A stretch of 32,000 nt of DNA, taken from positions 1 to 32,000 of the forward strand of contig OY969931.1 of assembly GCA_963704705.1 (NCBI GenBank), read 5' to 3'. Of the stretch, positions 1 through 8,406 are shown in pieces; position 1 is the first letter of the stretch; the number at the start of each line of letters is the position of its first letter. The translations under genes and the position numbers were made by a program. The DNA comes from an uncultured bacterium. GTDB lineage: Bacteria; Patescibacteriota; Gracilibacteria; UBA1369; PNNO01. The notes below the pieces were generated by a model. It saw only the letters and a program-made list of their open reading frames with translations. It did not search any database and was not told the DNA's origin.

Positions 1-2055
1 GACGAGACACGAACAATTACAACCGCTCATGGTGGTAGTTATGCAGGTGAAGGTATTAATTCGGGCGGAACTCCTGGCGCAACTTACGGAACAACAAAAG
101 CCAGTACACCAGTTTATGGTGAACGTGGTGAAAATGCTTCTAATGCTATTTCGGCTCTTGGAGGCGGAGGTGTGAACATTTATGTTGCCGGAGATATCAC
201 AATTGATGGTGATGTAACTGCAAATAGCGGCCCTGTAACTTATGATCTTAATTATGATGCACAGGGTGCATGCAGCTTTACAATTGGCGCAACAGTAAGT
301 GGCCTGAGTTCAGGTGCAAAAGGTGTAATTATTGCGGATGCAAATAGTAATCCAACAGGAACGTTAACATTAAATATTATAGGCGGTACATTCCAGGATA
401 ACGAAACCATTATAGATGACTACTCTTCTCCATGTAACGCTGACGCGGACGGAACAGCGAGTGTTAATTCAGGTGCAGGCGCAGGCGGAACAGTTATAAT
501 CACTCAAGATTTAAGTGCTGCTCCAACAACAGCTATCTTCACAGGTAGCGGAACAATAAGCGCAAACGGAGGTGACGCAACATACCCTGGTGGTGGTGGA
601 CGTATATCAATCGATTCACCGTTGCTCGACGACCCTGATTTTGGAAGCTATGACTTTGGTGAAGCAACCGCAGGAACTGTTGAGGCTTTTGGCGGAACCG
701 ACGGCTCATCAGCTTATGCTGCGGCAGGTACAATGGTATATCTTGGTGACACACACAATGCTGATGACACTTTGATTATTGATCAAAACGGAAATTCCCC
801 AACCGGTTCAACCCAAACCGACCTTGCCGACACCCCTACTTTCGACAGAATTGAAGCAAACAACAGTGCTGATGCTGACTTAACAGGCGCAACAACTCAG
901 GTTTGTTATAACGTAAACAGCTCATCTGTAAGCGGAATAACTTGTAACACAACAACCTCTCTGCCGGATAAACCGGATTCATTACACATACAAACTTCAT
1001 CTAACGGAACAAGTTCAGGTGACCCTACCGAAGAACCGGGTTACATTGCAGGTAAAGGTAATGGTGTCAGCGACACAGCTCTTGATGTCGGCGACATTAC
1101 TCCTGTATTCGCAATGTACTTCCGTAATCCCGGCGACCCTACCGGCGACTACAATGTTGCTGAAATCCAGGTTGCGAGCGATGCCGGCTTCTCTACCCTT
1201 CTATGGGATGCGACAGTTGGCGGCGCTGACACACCTTTAACTTTAACAACCGCTGTTTCTGACGGCGAATGGACCGAAGATATTGATTACGCAGGTGACC
1301 CATTAAGCACATTAACAACATATTATGTTCGTGCAAGATTCCGAAAAACAACAGGCGACAGCCCAGGTTTATGGACTCACGCAGACTATAACGATCAATA
1401 TAAATTTATTATAAGTTCATATACTGATTTGTGGGTTGATAACTGTAACGGTGTACCTGCAAATACCGATGTGGTAATTACTCAGGATGGTACAACTACA
1501 GGTGACGATATGAGTATTATTTCTCCTGACAGATATGCTTATGGAGCTTGTGATATTAATATCTCTACAAGTGAATCTAGCTGGGAAGTTTATATGAGTA
1601 TGGCAACAGGCGAAACCGGGTTTATTAATACTATTAATCCATCATATCAAATTGATGATATTGATAATGCAAATAATGATTGTATTATCGATACTTCAGG
1701 TACCGGAACAGAACAAGAATTCGGGTTCAACATCACAACTTATCCAGCCGGAACCGCAGCCGAACAAATTGTTGACGATAATGTAAATTCAAATGCAAAT
1801 TGTAGATTAGATACCGGAACATATCCTGATGCCTGCGGCACAGGTGCAGGGGAAGGATATTATAATGATACCGCATGTTTCTTCAACCTTGAACCACTTG
1901 CAACAAAAGACACAATCTTAGATACTGATTTAGGAACTGCTTCAGGCCTTGATAACGGAAGATTCACTGCAACGTTCCATGCAACAACCGGAACAATGGA
2001 AGTATCTGGCGACTACGATGTCGTAGCTGAAGTAACAATAACAGCTAATCCATAA
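1..2055 (+). CDS. 5'-truncated secreted/surface protein, Gly/Thr/Asp-rich, with a fibronectin-III-like segment in the middle
   Basis: The frame is open from base 1 (DETRTITTAHGGSYAGEG...) through the GTG at 172 to TAA 2053-2055. Low-complexity repetitive extracellular composition; 'YNVAEIQVASDAGFSTLLWD...YYVRARFRKTTGDSPGLWT' is Fn3-like. Confidence 0.8.
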   Translation, partial: DETRTITTAHGGSYAGEGINSGGTPGATYGTTKASTPVYGERGENASNAISALGGGGVNIYVAGDITIDGDVTANSGPVTYDLNYDAQGACSFTIGATVSGLSSGAKGVIIADANSNPTGTLTLNIIGGTFQDNETIIDDYSSPCNADADGTASVNSGAGAGGTVIITQDLSAAPTTAIFTGSGTISANGGDATYPGGGGRISIDSPLLDDPDFGSYDFGEATAGTVEAFGGTDGSSAYAAAGTMVYLGDTHNADDTLIIDQNGNSPTGSTQTDLADTPTFDRIEANNSADADLTGATTQVCYNVNSSSVSGITCNTTTSLPDKPDSLHIQTSSNGTSSGDPTEEPGYIAGKGNGVSDTALDVGDITPVFAMYFRNPGDPTGDYNVAEIQVASDAGFSTLLWDATVGGADTPLTLTTAVSDGEWTEDIDYAGDPLSTLTTYYVRARFRKTTGDSPGLWTHADYNDQYKFIISSYTDLWVDNCNGVPANTDVVITQDGTTTGDDMSIISPDRYAYGACDINISTSESSWEVYMSMATGETGFINTINPSYQIDDIDNANNDCIIDTSGTGTEQEFGFNITTYPAGTAAEQIVDDNVNSNANCRLDTGTYPDACGTGAGEGYYNDTACFFNLEPLATKDTILDTDLGTASGLDNGRFTATFHATTGTMEVSGDYDVVAEVTITANP

Positions 2056-2062
2056 AAATATT

Positions 2063-3052
2063 ATGAAAAATTTAAAACTTACAACCACGATTTTAGCCTT
2101 AACAATGCTGTTTTCAGCACTTGTTCCAAGCGCTTTTGCAATCGGCATTTCACCGTTACGTTTAGAGCTTAAAGCAAAGCCGGGTGAAACTGTCGAGGCA
2201 GGTGTTCAGGCTTTTAATTCAAAAGATGAAAAGCAGGTTGTTGTTTTAACCAAAGGTGATTTTCTTATGAATCAAAATGAAGATCTTGATTTTTATACTG
2301 AGCCGGACCCTGAAAATACACACAGTATGATGGACTGGATTCAGCTGCCTGAAGAAAATACTCCACTTGATCCTAAAGGGGGCGCTGAAATAAAATATAC
2401 GATTAAAGTACCGGAAGATGCAAAGTCGCAAAGTTATTACGGTGTGGTTTTTGTATCAAGTGCTAATCCTGAAATTATCGACACAGGAGCTGGCGTTGGG
2501 GTTGTAACCAATGTTGCCCAGCTTATTTTATTGGAAGTTGAAGGTGATTTAAAAACCGATATTAATGTTGATGATTTTAAAATAGATCAACAGGAACAAG
2601 GTGTTAGCTTTTTAACTCGTGTTATTAACAACGGAAACACTCATGACGCAGAGCAGGGTAAAATTATTATAACTGACAAAAAATTAAATATTCTTGAAAA
2701 TCTTGAACTAAATAAAGAAAAACATAACAGCTTGCCGGGCGTTCCAAAAACATTTGCGACCAACTGGGTTAAATTCCCTGGATATAAACAAGGTGTTTAT
2801 TATGCATACCTTGATCTTAAAGATGAAAATCAAAATCCTTTTTACGCTGAACTTAAATACAGAATTAACAATGATGGAAAAATTGAAACTCTTGGATTCA
2901 ATATGGGAAGAAGCTACGAAGAGGCATTAAAAACACATAATGCCGTGCCTTTAATTCCGATTGGAATTATTTTGGCCGCAGCATTGATGGCTGCTATAAT
3001 TACAAAATTTTGCTGCAATAAAAAAAAGAAAAACAAAAAAACTAAAAAATAA
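2063..3052 (+). CDS. DUF916-like (WxL protein peptidoglycan-binding-like) exported protein with C-terminal TM anchor
   Basis: 329 aa; signal peptide 'LTMLFSALVPSAFAIGISPLRLELKAKPGETVEAGVQAFN'; Ig-like pattern with 'YTIKVPEDAKSQSYYGVVFVSS'; C-terminal hydrophobic helix followed by KKKKKNKKTKK. Confidence 0.7.
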   Translation: MKNLKLTTTILALTMLFSALVPSAFAIGISPLRLELKAKPGETVEAGVQAFNSKDEKQVVVLTKGDFLMNQNEDLDFYTEPDPENTHSMMDWIQLPEENTPLDPKGGAEIKYTIKVPEDAKSQSYYGVVFVSSANPEIIDTGAGVGVVTNVAQLILLEVEGDLKTDINVDDFKIDQQEQGVSFLTRVINNGNTHDAEQGKIIITDKKLNILENLELNKEKHNSLPGVPKTFATNWVKFPGYKQGVYYAYLDLKDENQNPFYAELKYRINNDGKIETLGFNMGRSYEEALKTHNAVPLIPIGIILAAALMAAIITKFCCNKKKKNKKTKK

Positions 3053-3053
3053 C

Positions 3054-3641
3054 ATGCGAAAAGTACGTGCATACATAACAGGTTTAGTAACAATTGCGAC
3101 AATATTAATTGCCGGAATCGTTGCTGTGCCCGCTTTTGCATCGCATACAGATGAGCTCCACGAAGTCTCATATTATGGTGCGCCAGGAGAAGAATTGCAC
3201 GGTCAGGTTACTGTTATGAATCCTAGCAATGAAACAAAGGTTGTACAGGTTACTGCACAAAGCCTACAAGAACCACATGAAGAATGGTTATTTTTAGATC
3301 AGGAAAAATACACAATCGGGCCAAACGGCAAAGCTGTAATTTCTTATAAAGTTGTTATCCCAGCTGATGCCATGGGCGACGGCAAACACATTATTAATAT
3401 TCGTGAAATATCTCCAAACAATACTCTTAGTTTAAAACAGACTGTTTCGATATTTGTTGTAAGACCGTCAGCACCAACCGAAGGGGTGGCAGAAATAAAT
3501 ATATTCTACACAATGTTTTTTATTATGATAGTTGTTGCATTCGGTATTGGATTAACATTTGGTGGGGTAGCTTGTATAAAAAAAGTTCCTCATTTATTGG
3601 AGGACCACCCTAAGAAAAGGGCTAGTAAAAGGGGTAAATAA
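3054..3641 (+). CDS. Short DUF916-like exported membrane-anchored protein (paralog-like to the 2063 and 4449 genes)
   Basis: 195 aa; signal peptide; 'GAPGEELHGQVTVMNPSNETKVVQVTAQSLQEP...WLFLDQEKYTIGPNGKAVISYKVVIPADA'; C-terminal TM then basic tail; starts 1 nt after the previous stop. Confidence 0.6.
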   Translation: MRKVRAYITGLVTIATILIAGIVAVPAFASHTDELHEVSYYGAPGEELHGQVTVMNPSNETKVVQVTAQSLQEPHEEWLFLDQEKYTIGPNGKAVISYKVVIPADAMGDGKHIINIREISPNNTLSLKQTVSIFVVRPSAPTEGVAEINIFYTMFFIMIVVAFGIGLTFGGVACIKKVPHLLEDHPKKRASKRGK

Positions 3642-3677
3642 ATGATATAATGAAGTAACTTGTGAAATTTGGAAGTA

Positions 3678-3706
3678 TTGACTTTGAACAAAAAATATTA
3701 TATAAT
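3678..3706 (+). promoter_or_regulatory. sigma70-type promoter for the 3838 gene
   Basis: TTGACT (3678-3683), 17-nt spacer, TATAAT (3701-3706). Confidence 0.7.
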
Positions 3707-3732
3707 ATATAGTGTACAAAATAAAAAATTCG

Positions 3733-3810
3733 ACAATTTAATCAATAATTTCCGTGCTGGTCGAGACGGATGCGAAGGGAAAACAAAAGGTGGTTTAAAG
3801 GGTAAATTGT
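3733..3810 (+). promoter_or_regulatory. Candidate structured 5' leader
   Basis: ACAATTTA (3733-3740) is perfectly complementary to TAAATTGT (3803-3810) and closes a 78-nt element containing further short stems; it lies between the promoter and the ATG at 3838. Confidence 0.35.
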
Positions 3811-3837
3811 AAACGTTTATAATTAACCAAAACAAAA

Positions 3838-4359
3838 ATGAAAAAAGTATTAGCTCTTATGGCTGTGGTTGCAATGGTTGCAATCTCAAGCGTAGCTTAT
3901 GCTCAGACAACTGCAACTGTTAATGGTACTCTTGGCGCTGTCAGTTCTATCAACAGTTGTTCAGCAACTATCGCATTAGCTTACACCTCTGTAAATTCTG
4001 ATGATTGTGTTGCTGACAGCTACGTTTCAAACAATGCTGGTGGTACTACAATAGATTATGCTGCAGGAGGTGCTGCAACTATGGTTGCTTCTGGTACTAA
4101 TACCGCTCTTTCTCCTGTTGCTTCAGTAACTGCAGGTCAAAACGAATGGAGTTTATCAGCAACATCTACAACTATTCTAGGTGGTACTGCGTCAGGTGCT
4201 CCTGTTGCTCCTTCAACTGGTGGTGTTCAAGTACTAGCTGTTACATCTCCTACTGATGGTGGTAATCTTACACTTACGTTCGACGGTTCTGTAGGTTCAA
4301 CAGAAGACTCTGGAGAAACTTATTCAAACGTTGGTTCATTAACTATTACTCAACTTTAA
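3838..4359 (+). CDS. Small secreted WxL-like surface protein
   Basis: 173 aa; signal peptide 'MKKVLALMAVVAMVAISSVAYAQ'; Thr/Ser/Gly-rich; 'GQNEWSLSAT' resembles the first WxL motif; C-terminus 'YSNVGSLTITQL'; flanked by DUF916-like genes. Confidence 0.55.
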   Translation: MKKVLALMAVVAMVAISSVAYAQTTATVNGTLGAVSSINSCSATIALAYTSVNSDDCVADSYVSNNAGGTTIDYAAGGAATMVASGTNTALSPVASVTAGQNEWSLSATSTTILGGTASGAPVAPSTGGVQVLAVTSPTDGGNLTLTFDGSVGSTEDSGETYSNVGSLTITQL

Positions 4360-4380
4360 TAGTTAAAAAGCATAACAAAA

Positions 4381-4410
4381 AAAACCTCTTTTCTTAAGGG
4401 GTTTTTTTTT
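4381..4410 (+). terminator. Rho-independent terminator
   Basis: Stem AAAACCTCTT (4381-4390) / AAGGGGTTTT (4396-4405) with a T tract. Confidence 0.8.
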
Positions 4411-4448
4411 GTTATAATCTTTGTTGATATTCTTTAAGTTTAATCAAA

Positions 4449-5765
4449 ATGAAAAAATTACTCTGCATTGCTTGCGTTACTTTATTAAGTGTTTCTTTAT
4501 TAGTAGCACAAACTGTATTCGCCACTGCAATTAGTTCTGGAGATCAGGTTTTTACTGCTAACCCAGGGGACATTATAGAAGGCGTTGTGAGTGGTGGTAA
4601 TACAGAGGATATGCCTATGACTGTAAATATTGGAGCATTTAATACCTTTTTAAACGATGCAGGTGCTAGACAATTTGTTAAAGAAGACAGGCCAAGAGGT
4701 ATGTATGACTGGATCACTTTTGATCAAACGTCTGGCCTTGCAGACCCAGGTGAATTTGTTGAATTTAAATATACAATAACGGTTCCTGAAAACGTTGCCC
4801 CTGGCACTTATGATGCCGCATTATTGGTCACCACTTCTAGCTTGAATGATTCAGATGATTCAGAAGGGGTTGGGCTATCTGTACGAGCAGCAAGTTTAAT
4901 CTATGTAACTATTGAAGGAGACTCTAATGAATCGATGAGCTTGCAATCATTTGAATTAAATAATGGCAAGTTTTTACAAGGAGAAATTGTTTTTGAACTT
5001 ACATTAAAAAATGAAGGAGATGTGGGGATAATCCCACAGGGGAATATTGAAATTTTTGATGAAAAAGGCAACAAAGTTAATGAAATATATCCAATTATCA
5101 AAAGTTTTGAAGGTCAGGAAATAATAACAGGAAGACAAAATGAAATCCCTTTTAATCTCAATCAAAAAATGCTTCCGCCGGATGAAACGCGAACTTACAG
5201 CGCTCAATGGGAAAAGATTATTGCTCCTAAGGGCAAGTATACAGCAGAAGCAACAGTTTATTATGGAGAAGACGATAAAAAGTTAAAGGCTGAAATACCT
5301 TTTGAAATTGTTGAAAATTTAAAAATTTCTCAATTCGAAGCTGAAAAACCATGGAATAGTGCGTTACCTGTTAACTTTTTAATTAAATTACAAAATACTG
5401 GAAATCAAACAATTAATCCTACTGGCTATGTAACAATAAATAATATTTTTGGTTCTCAAAAGAAAAGAATCGACCTTGAAGATGCCGACCTAGTTCTTTT
5501 GCCTGGAATTGAAGCAACTTTAAACGGAACAGTATGGGACGAAGGTTTTGCTTTAGGATTATATACTGCAAATATACACCTAAGCTATGCTGATGTAGAC
5601 TACACGATGTCCAGTTCTTTCTGGGTACTTACATGGTGGCAAGCAGTTATAGTGATTGTTGTTCTGGTTTTATTGGTTTTCGTTGTCTACAAAGGGATCA
5701 AAGGATATGCAAAAATGAAAGGAAAATTGGAAAAATTGGAGCACAAGGAAAAAACAAGTGAATAG
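4449..5765 (+). CDS. DUF916-like exported protein with extra Ig-like domain(s) and C-terminal TM anchor
   Basis: 438 aa; 'NPGDIIEGVVSGGNTEDMPMTVNIGAFNTF...YTITVPENVAPGTYDAALLVTTSS' parallels the 2063 protein; C-terminal TM 'WWQAVIVIVVLVLLVFVVY'. Confidence 0.7.
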   Translation: MKKLLCIACVTLLSVSLLVAQTVFATAISSGDQVFTANPGDIIEGVVSGGNTEDMPMTVNIGAFNTFLNDAGARQFVKEDRPRGMYDWITFDQTSGLADPGEFVEFKYTITVPENVAPGTYDAALLVTTSSLNDSDDSEGVGLSVRAASLIYVTIEGDSNESMSLQSFELNNGKFLQGEIVFELTLKNEGDVGIIPQGNIEIFDEKGNKVNEIYPIIKSFEGQEIITGRQNEIPFNLNQKMLPPDETRTYSAQWEKIIAPKGKYTAEATVYYGEDDKKLKAEIPFEIVENLKISQFEAEKPWNSALPVNFLIKLQNTGNQTINPTGYVTINNIFGSQKKRIDLEDADLVLLPGIEATLNGTVWDEGFALGLYTANIHLSYADVDYTMSSSFWVLTWWQAVIVIVVLVLLVFVVYKGIKGYAKMKGKLEKLEHKEKTSE

Positions 5766-5782
5766 AATGACTTAAATAAGCT

Positions 5783-5812
5783 AAAAAGGCCGCCTTTTTT
5801 GGCGGCCTTTTT
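5783..5812 (+). terminator. Rho-independent terminator
   Basis: Perfect stem AAAAAGGCCGCC (5783-5794) / GGCGGCCTTTTT (5801-5812) with T-rich tail. Confidence 0.9.
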
Positions 5813-5825
5813 TATAGCAAAAGTA

Positions 5826-5854
5826 TTGTCGTTTTTGGATTTTTGGTGTATAAT
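5826..5854 (+). promoter_or_regulatory. sigma70-type promoter
   Basis: TTGTCG (5826-5831), 17-nt spacer, TATAAT (5849-5854). Confidence 0.5.
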
Positions 5855-5883
5855 ATATGTAGAAATAAAAATTGAAATTTAAC

Positions 5884-7929
5884 ATGTTAAAAACAAAAAA
5901 TCATACTTTAGCAACATTATTTTCTGTTTGGGCAGTGCTTGTTTCTTTGATTATAAATATAAGCATTGCGCAGTCCGCTACGGTTTCTATAGGCGCTACA
6001 CTCGGTCCAAGTGATATTACAAACTTAACTGCTGTTGATTTTGCCCCAGGGACTGGTGAAGTAGTTTTAACATGGATAGCGAGTCCAACACCAAATATAG
6101 ACATTCAAAGGTTAGAAATCGCTGGTCCTCAAGGTCCAGGCGTGGACTTTACAACAAAAGATTTAACACCATTCCCTGGCTCTAACGCTCCAGATAATTA
6201 TGCAAATTATTTCCCTGGAACTAACATCACAGGCCTTGTTATCGGTGAAACTTATATTTTTCGAGTAGTATCAATTGCCGGAGCTCTCGAAAGTCCTGGT
6301 CTTCCTCCAGATGCCCAAATCCTCTTCACCCCTGCAGCAGCCAACCCTGCTCCAAACCTTTTAACAGTTACGGCTTCTAACGATACAAGTACGTCAACAT
6401 GGAATAATGGAGGAATTGACGATGCAACTTTGGAATGCAGACTTACTGCAAGTTTAATAAATCTTGATGTTGATCCACTCGGAGCAATTGTAAAAGATTC
6501 AGGATGGCTTCCTTGTCCGGATTCAGCTTCAAACTACAATCATACCTTCACAGGATTATCCTACGGCTCAAAATACTACTATCACGTTCAGACCAGAACC
6601 GGCGGCGTAGGTTTTAGTGCGTATTCAAATGTAATTTCACTTTTGCAGCCCGGAAGCGGAGGCGGAGGCGGTGTCGGAGGAGGCAGCGCTGCGATTTGCG
6701 GTAATGGCACACTTGAAGCACTTGAACAATGTGATGACGGAAACAGAACAAACGGCGACGGATGTTCATCAGGATGCGTGATCGAAACAACTGTTGTTCC
6801 TCCTGTTCCTCAAGTCTGCGGAAACGGTACCCGCGAAGGAACTGAACAGTGTGATGACGGCAATACAATAAGCGGCGATGGATGTACTGCGGCTTGTGTT
6901 TTAGAAATACCTGCACAATGCGGCAATGGTGTTGAAGAAATTGGAGAAGGTTGTGACGATGGCAATCTCGTAGATGGTGATGGATGCAGCTCTGTATGCA
7001 GCGTTGAAACTCCAACCCCAATTTGCGGAAATGGCATTCTCGAAAACTCTGAACAATGTGATGACGGCAATTTATTAAACGGCGACGGATGTTCATTTGT
7101 TTGCGAAACAGAACATGCGGCCCCTCCTGAAGGAGCGGTTTGCGGAAACGGCACAATCGAAGCTCCCGAACAATGCGACGACGGCAATACAATAAGCGGT
7201 GATGGATGCTCGGCAGCATGCGTAACCGAAGTTCTTCCTGTTTGCGGAAACGGTATTCTCGAAGAACCCACTGAACAATGCGATGATGGAAATAAAATTA
7301 ATGATGACGGCTGCAGCTCAACGTGTCAGCTTGAAAAAATAGTTAATGTAACTCTTGAAATCCGCGGAGCACCGGAGCTTAGAAAAACCAATCTTCCTGC
7401 AGATCAAAGAGTAACACAGTCAATATCAACATCCCGCGAGCTAAACCTTAGCGACACAATAAGCCAGCTTGGAAGCGCAGATTTCTTTCGTATAAACAAC
7501 ACACCTAACTTTGGATTAAATTCTCAGCTCGATATATTTAAACCCAGTATCAATAACCTTGATGTAATGGGTGTGACTCTTGATAACTGGGGTTATGCAG
7601 AAGTTCCGGTTACAATGGTTGCCGGCACTTATGATTTTGGCCTTAACGGCGAAGCCCACAACACAAAAGTTATTAAAACTATCGATATAACCGAAGATGG
7701 CCAACGAATCGTCCTCGACTTCACCCACAACAACACCACAAAACTCGTTGCCGGCGATACCCGCGACGACAACTTTGTTAATGCTCTCGACATCGCAACA
7801 ATGCTTGCATCTTACAAAGCAACCGGCGCAAATCTAAACGATTTAAACAAAGACGAATCCCCGATTGTAAACGCCATCGATATCGCTATCCTTATCTGGA
7901 ATTATAAAAAAGGCGGCGAAACCTTCTAA
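5884..7929 (+). CDS. Secreted protein with Fn3-like domain, six DUF4215 (Myxococcus Cys-rich) repeats and a C-terminal dockerin-like module
   Basis: The ORF track opens at TTG 5872; ATG 5884 begins the signal peptide. Repeats of the form 'CGNGxxExxEQCDDGNxxxGDGCSxxC'; C-terminus 'DTRDDNFVNALDIATMLASYK...DLNKDESPIVNAIDIAILIWNYKKGG' is a duplicated dockerin/EF-hand-like segment. Confidence 0.8.
   Translation: MLKTKNHTLATLFSVWAVLVSLIINISIAQSATVSIGATLGPSDITNLTAVDFAPGTGEVVLTWIASPTPNIDIQRLEIAGPQGPGVDFTTKDLTPFPGSNAPDNYANYFPGTNITGLVIGETYIFRVVSIAGALESPGLPPDAQILFTPAAANPAPNLLTVTASNDTSTSTWNNGGIDDATLECRLTASLINLDVDPLGAIVKDSGWLPCPDSASNYNHTFTGLSYGSKYYYHVQTRTGGVGFSAYSNVISLLQPGSGGGGGVGGGSAAICGNGTLEALEQCDDGNRTNGDGCSSGCVIETTVVPPVPQVCGNGTREGTEQCDDGNTISGDGCTAACVLEIPAQCGNGVEEIGEGCDDGNLVDGDGCSSVCSVETPTPICGNGILENSEQCDDGNLLNGDGCSFVCETEHAAPPEGAVCGNGTIEAPEQCDDGNTISGDGCSAACVTEVLPVCGNGILEEPTEQCDDGNKINDDGCSSTCQLEKIVNVTLEIRGAPELRKTNLPADQRVTQSISTSRELNLSDTISQLGSADFFRINNTPNFGLNSQLDIFKPSINNLDVMGVTLDNWGYAEVPVTMVAGTYDFGLNGEAHNTKVIKTIDITEDGQRIVLDFTHNNTTKLVAGDTRDDNFVNALDIATMLASYKATGANLNDLNKDESPIVNAIDIAILIWNYKKGGETF
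6691..7336 (+). repeat. Six tandem DUF4215 Cys-rich repeats (coding)
   Basis: Six copies counted in the translation: CGNGTLEALEQCDDGN, CGNGTREGTEQCDDGN, CGNGVEEIGEGCDDGN, CGNGILENSEQCDDGN, CGNGTIEAPEQCDDGN, CGNGILEEPTEQCDDGN. Confidence 0.9.
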
Positions 7930-8195
7930 ATTTCAAACAGTTTCCTAAAAGGCGCATGCCCATAATCATAAGACCTCTTTTTTCTTGCCTTATCAAAGCT
8001 CTTTGTTCTAACCCAGCTCCTAAATAAATCCCCCAGTTCAGAATCGCCAACCCAAAACCCCACGCTTTTTTGCGTTACAAATGACCGCAAAAAAACCTTA
8101 ATCAGCGGACTTATCCCAATCCCGTATCTATCATGACATTTAGCTTTAACTAGATAATAAAGGTCGTCATTAAGCCTGATATTAATTTGCTTCAT
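7926..8195 (-). CDS. Small protein with RelB/DinJ-like ribbon-helix-helix N-terminus
   Basis: 89 aa; 'MKQINIRLNDDLYYLVKAKCHDRYGIGISPLIKVFLRSFV' has an RHH antitoxin-like pattern; its stop overlaps the convergent stop of the upstream gene. Confidence 0.5.
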   Translation of the reverse strand: MKQINIRLNDDLYYLVKAKCHDRYGIGISPLIKVFLRSFVTQKSVGFWVGDSELGDLFRSWVRTKSFDKARKKRSYDYGHAPFRKLFEI

Positions 8196-8292
8196 ATTTA
8201 ATGGTGTTATGGAAAACTCATCGTATGCAAATTACTATTAAATTGCTAACACTTCGTGTTGTTTTATTTTCGACAACAGCCACCTCCATACA

Positions 8293-8329
8293 GCTAGCAA
8301 AAAGCTGGCGATTTGCGTACGCTACTTTT
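8293..8329. repeat. 37-nt dispersed intergenic element, copy 1
   Basis: GCTAGCAAAAAGCTGGCGATTTGCGTACGCTACTTTT; 34/37 identical to copy 3. Confidence 0.75.
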
Positions 8330-8353
8330 ATCAACAAATCCCACTAAAACCCC

Positions 8354-8382
8354 TTGGAAAAATACCCAATTTATGATATAAT
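8354..8382 (+). promoter_or_regulatory. sigma70-type promoter for the 8407 gene
   Basis: TTGGAA (8354-8359), 17-nt spacer, TATAAT (8377-8382). Confidence 0.5.
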
Positions 8383-8406
8383 ATTAGTAGAAAAAATAAA
8401 AACAAA

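Noticed and set aside
3733-3810. Known c-di-GMP (GEMM) riboswitch
   Set aside because: 'GGATGCGAAGG' is vaguely similar to the GEMM core, but the canonical paired architecture and tetraloop/receptor are not recognisable; left as an unassigned structured leader.
6614-7219. 201 aa minus-strand ORF inside the DUF4215 repeat region
   Set aside because: Shadow of the tandem plus-strand repeats (Arg/His/Cys-rich low-complexity antisense); no start context.
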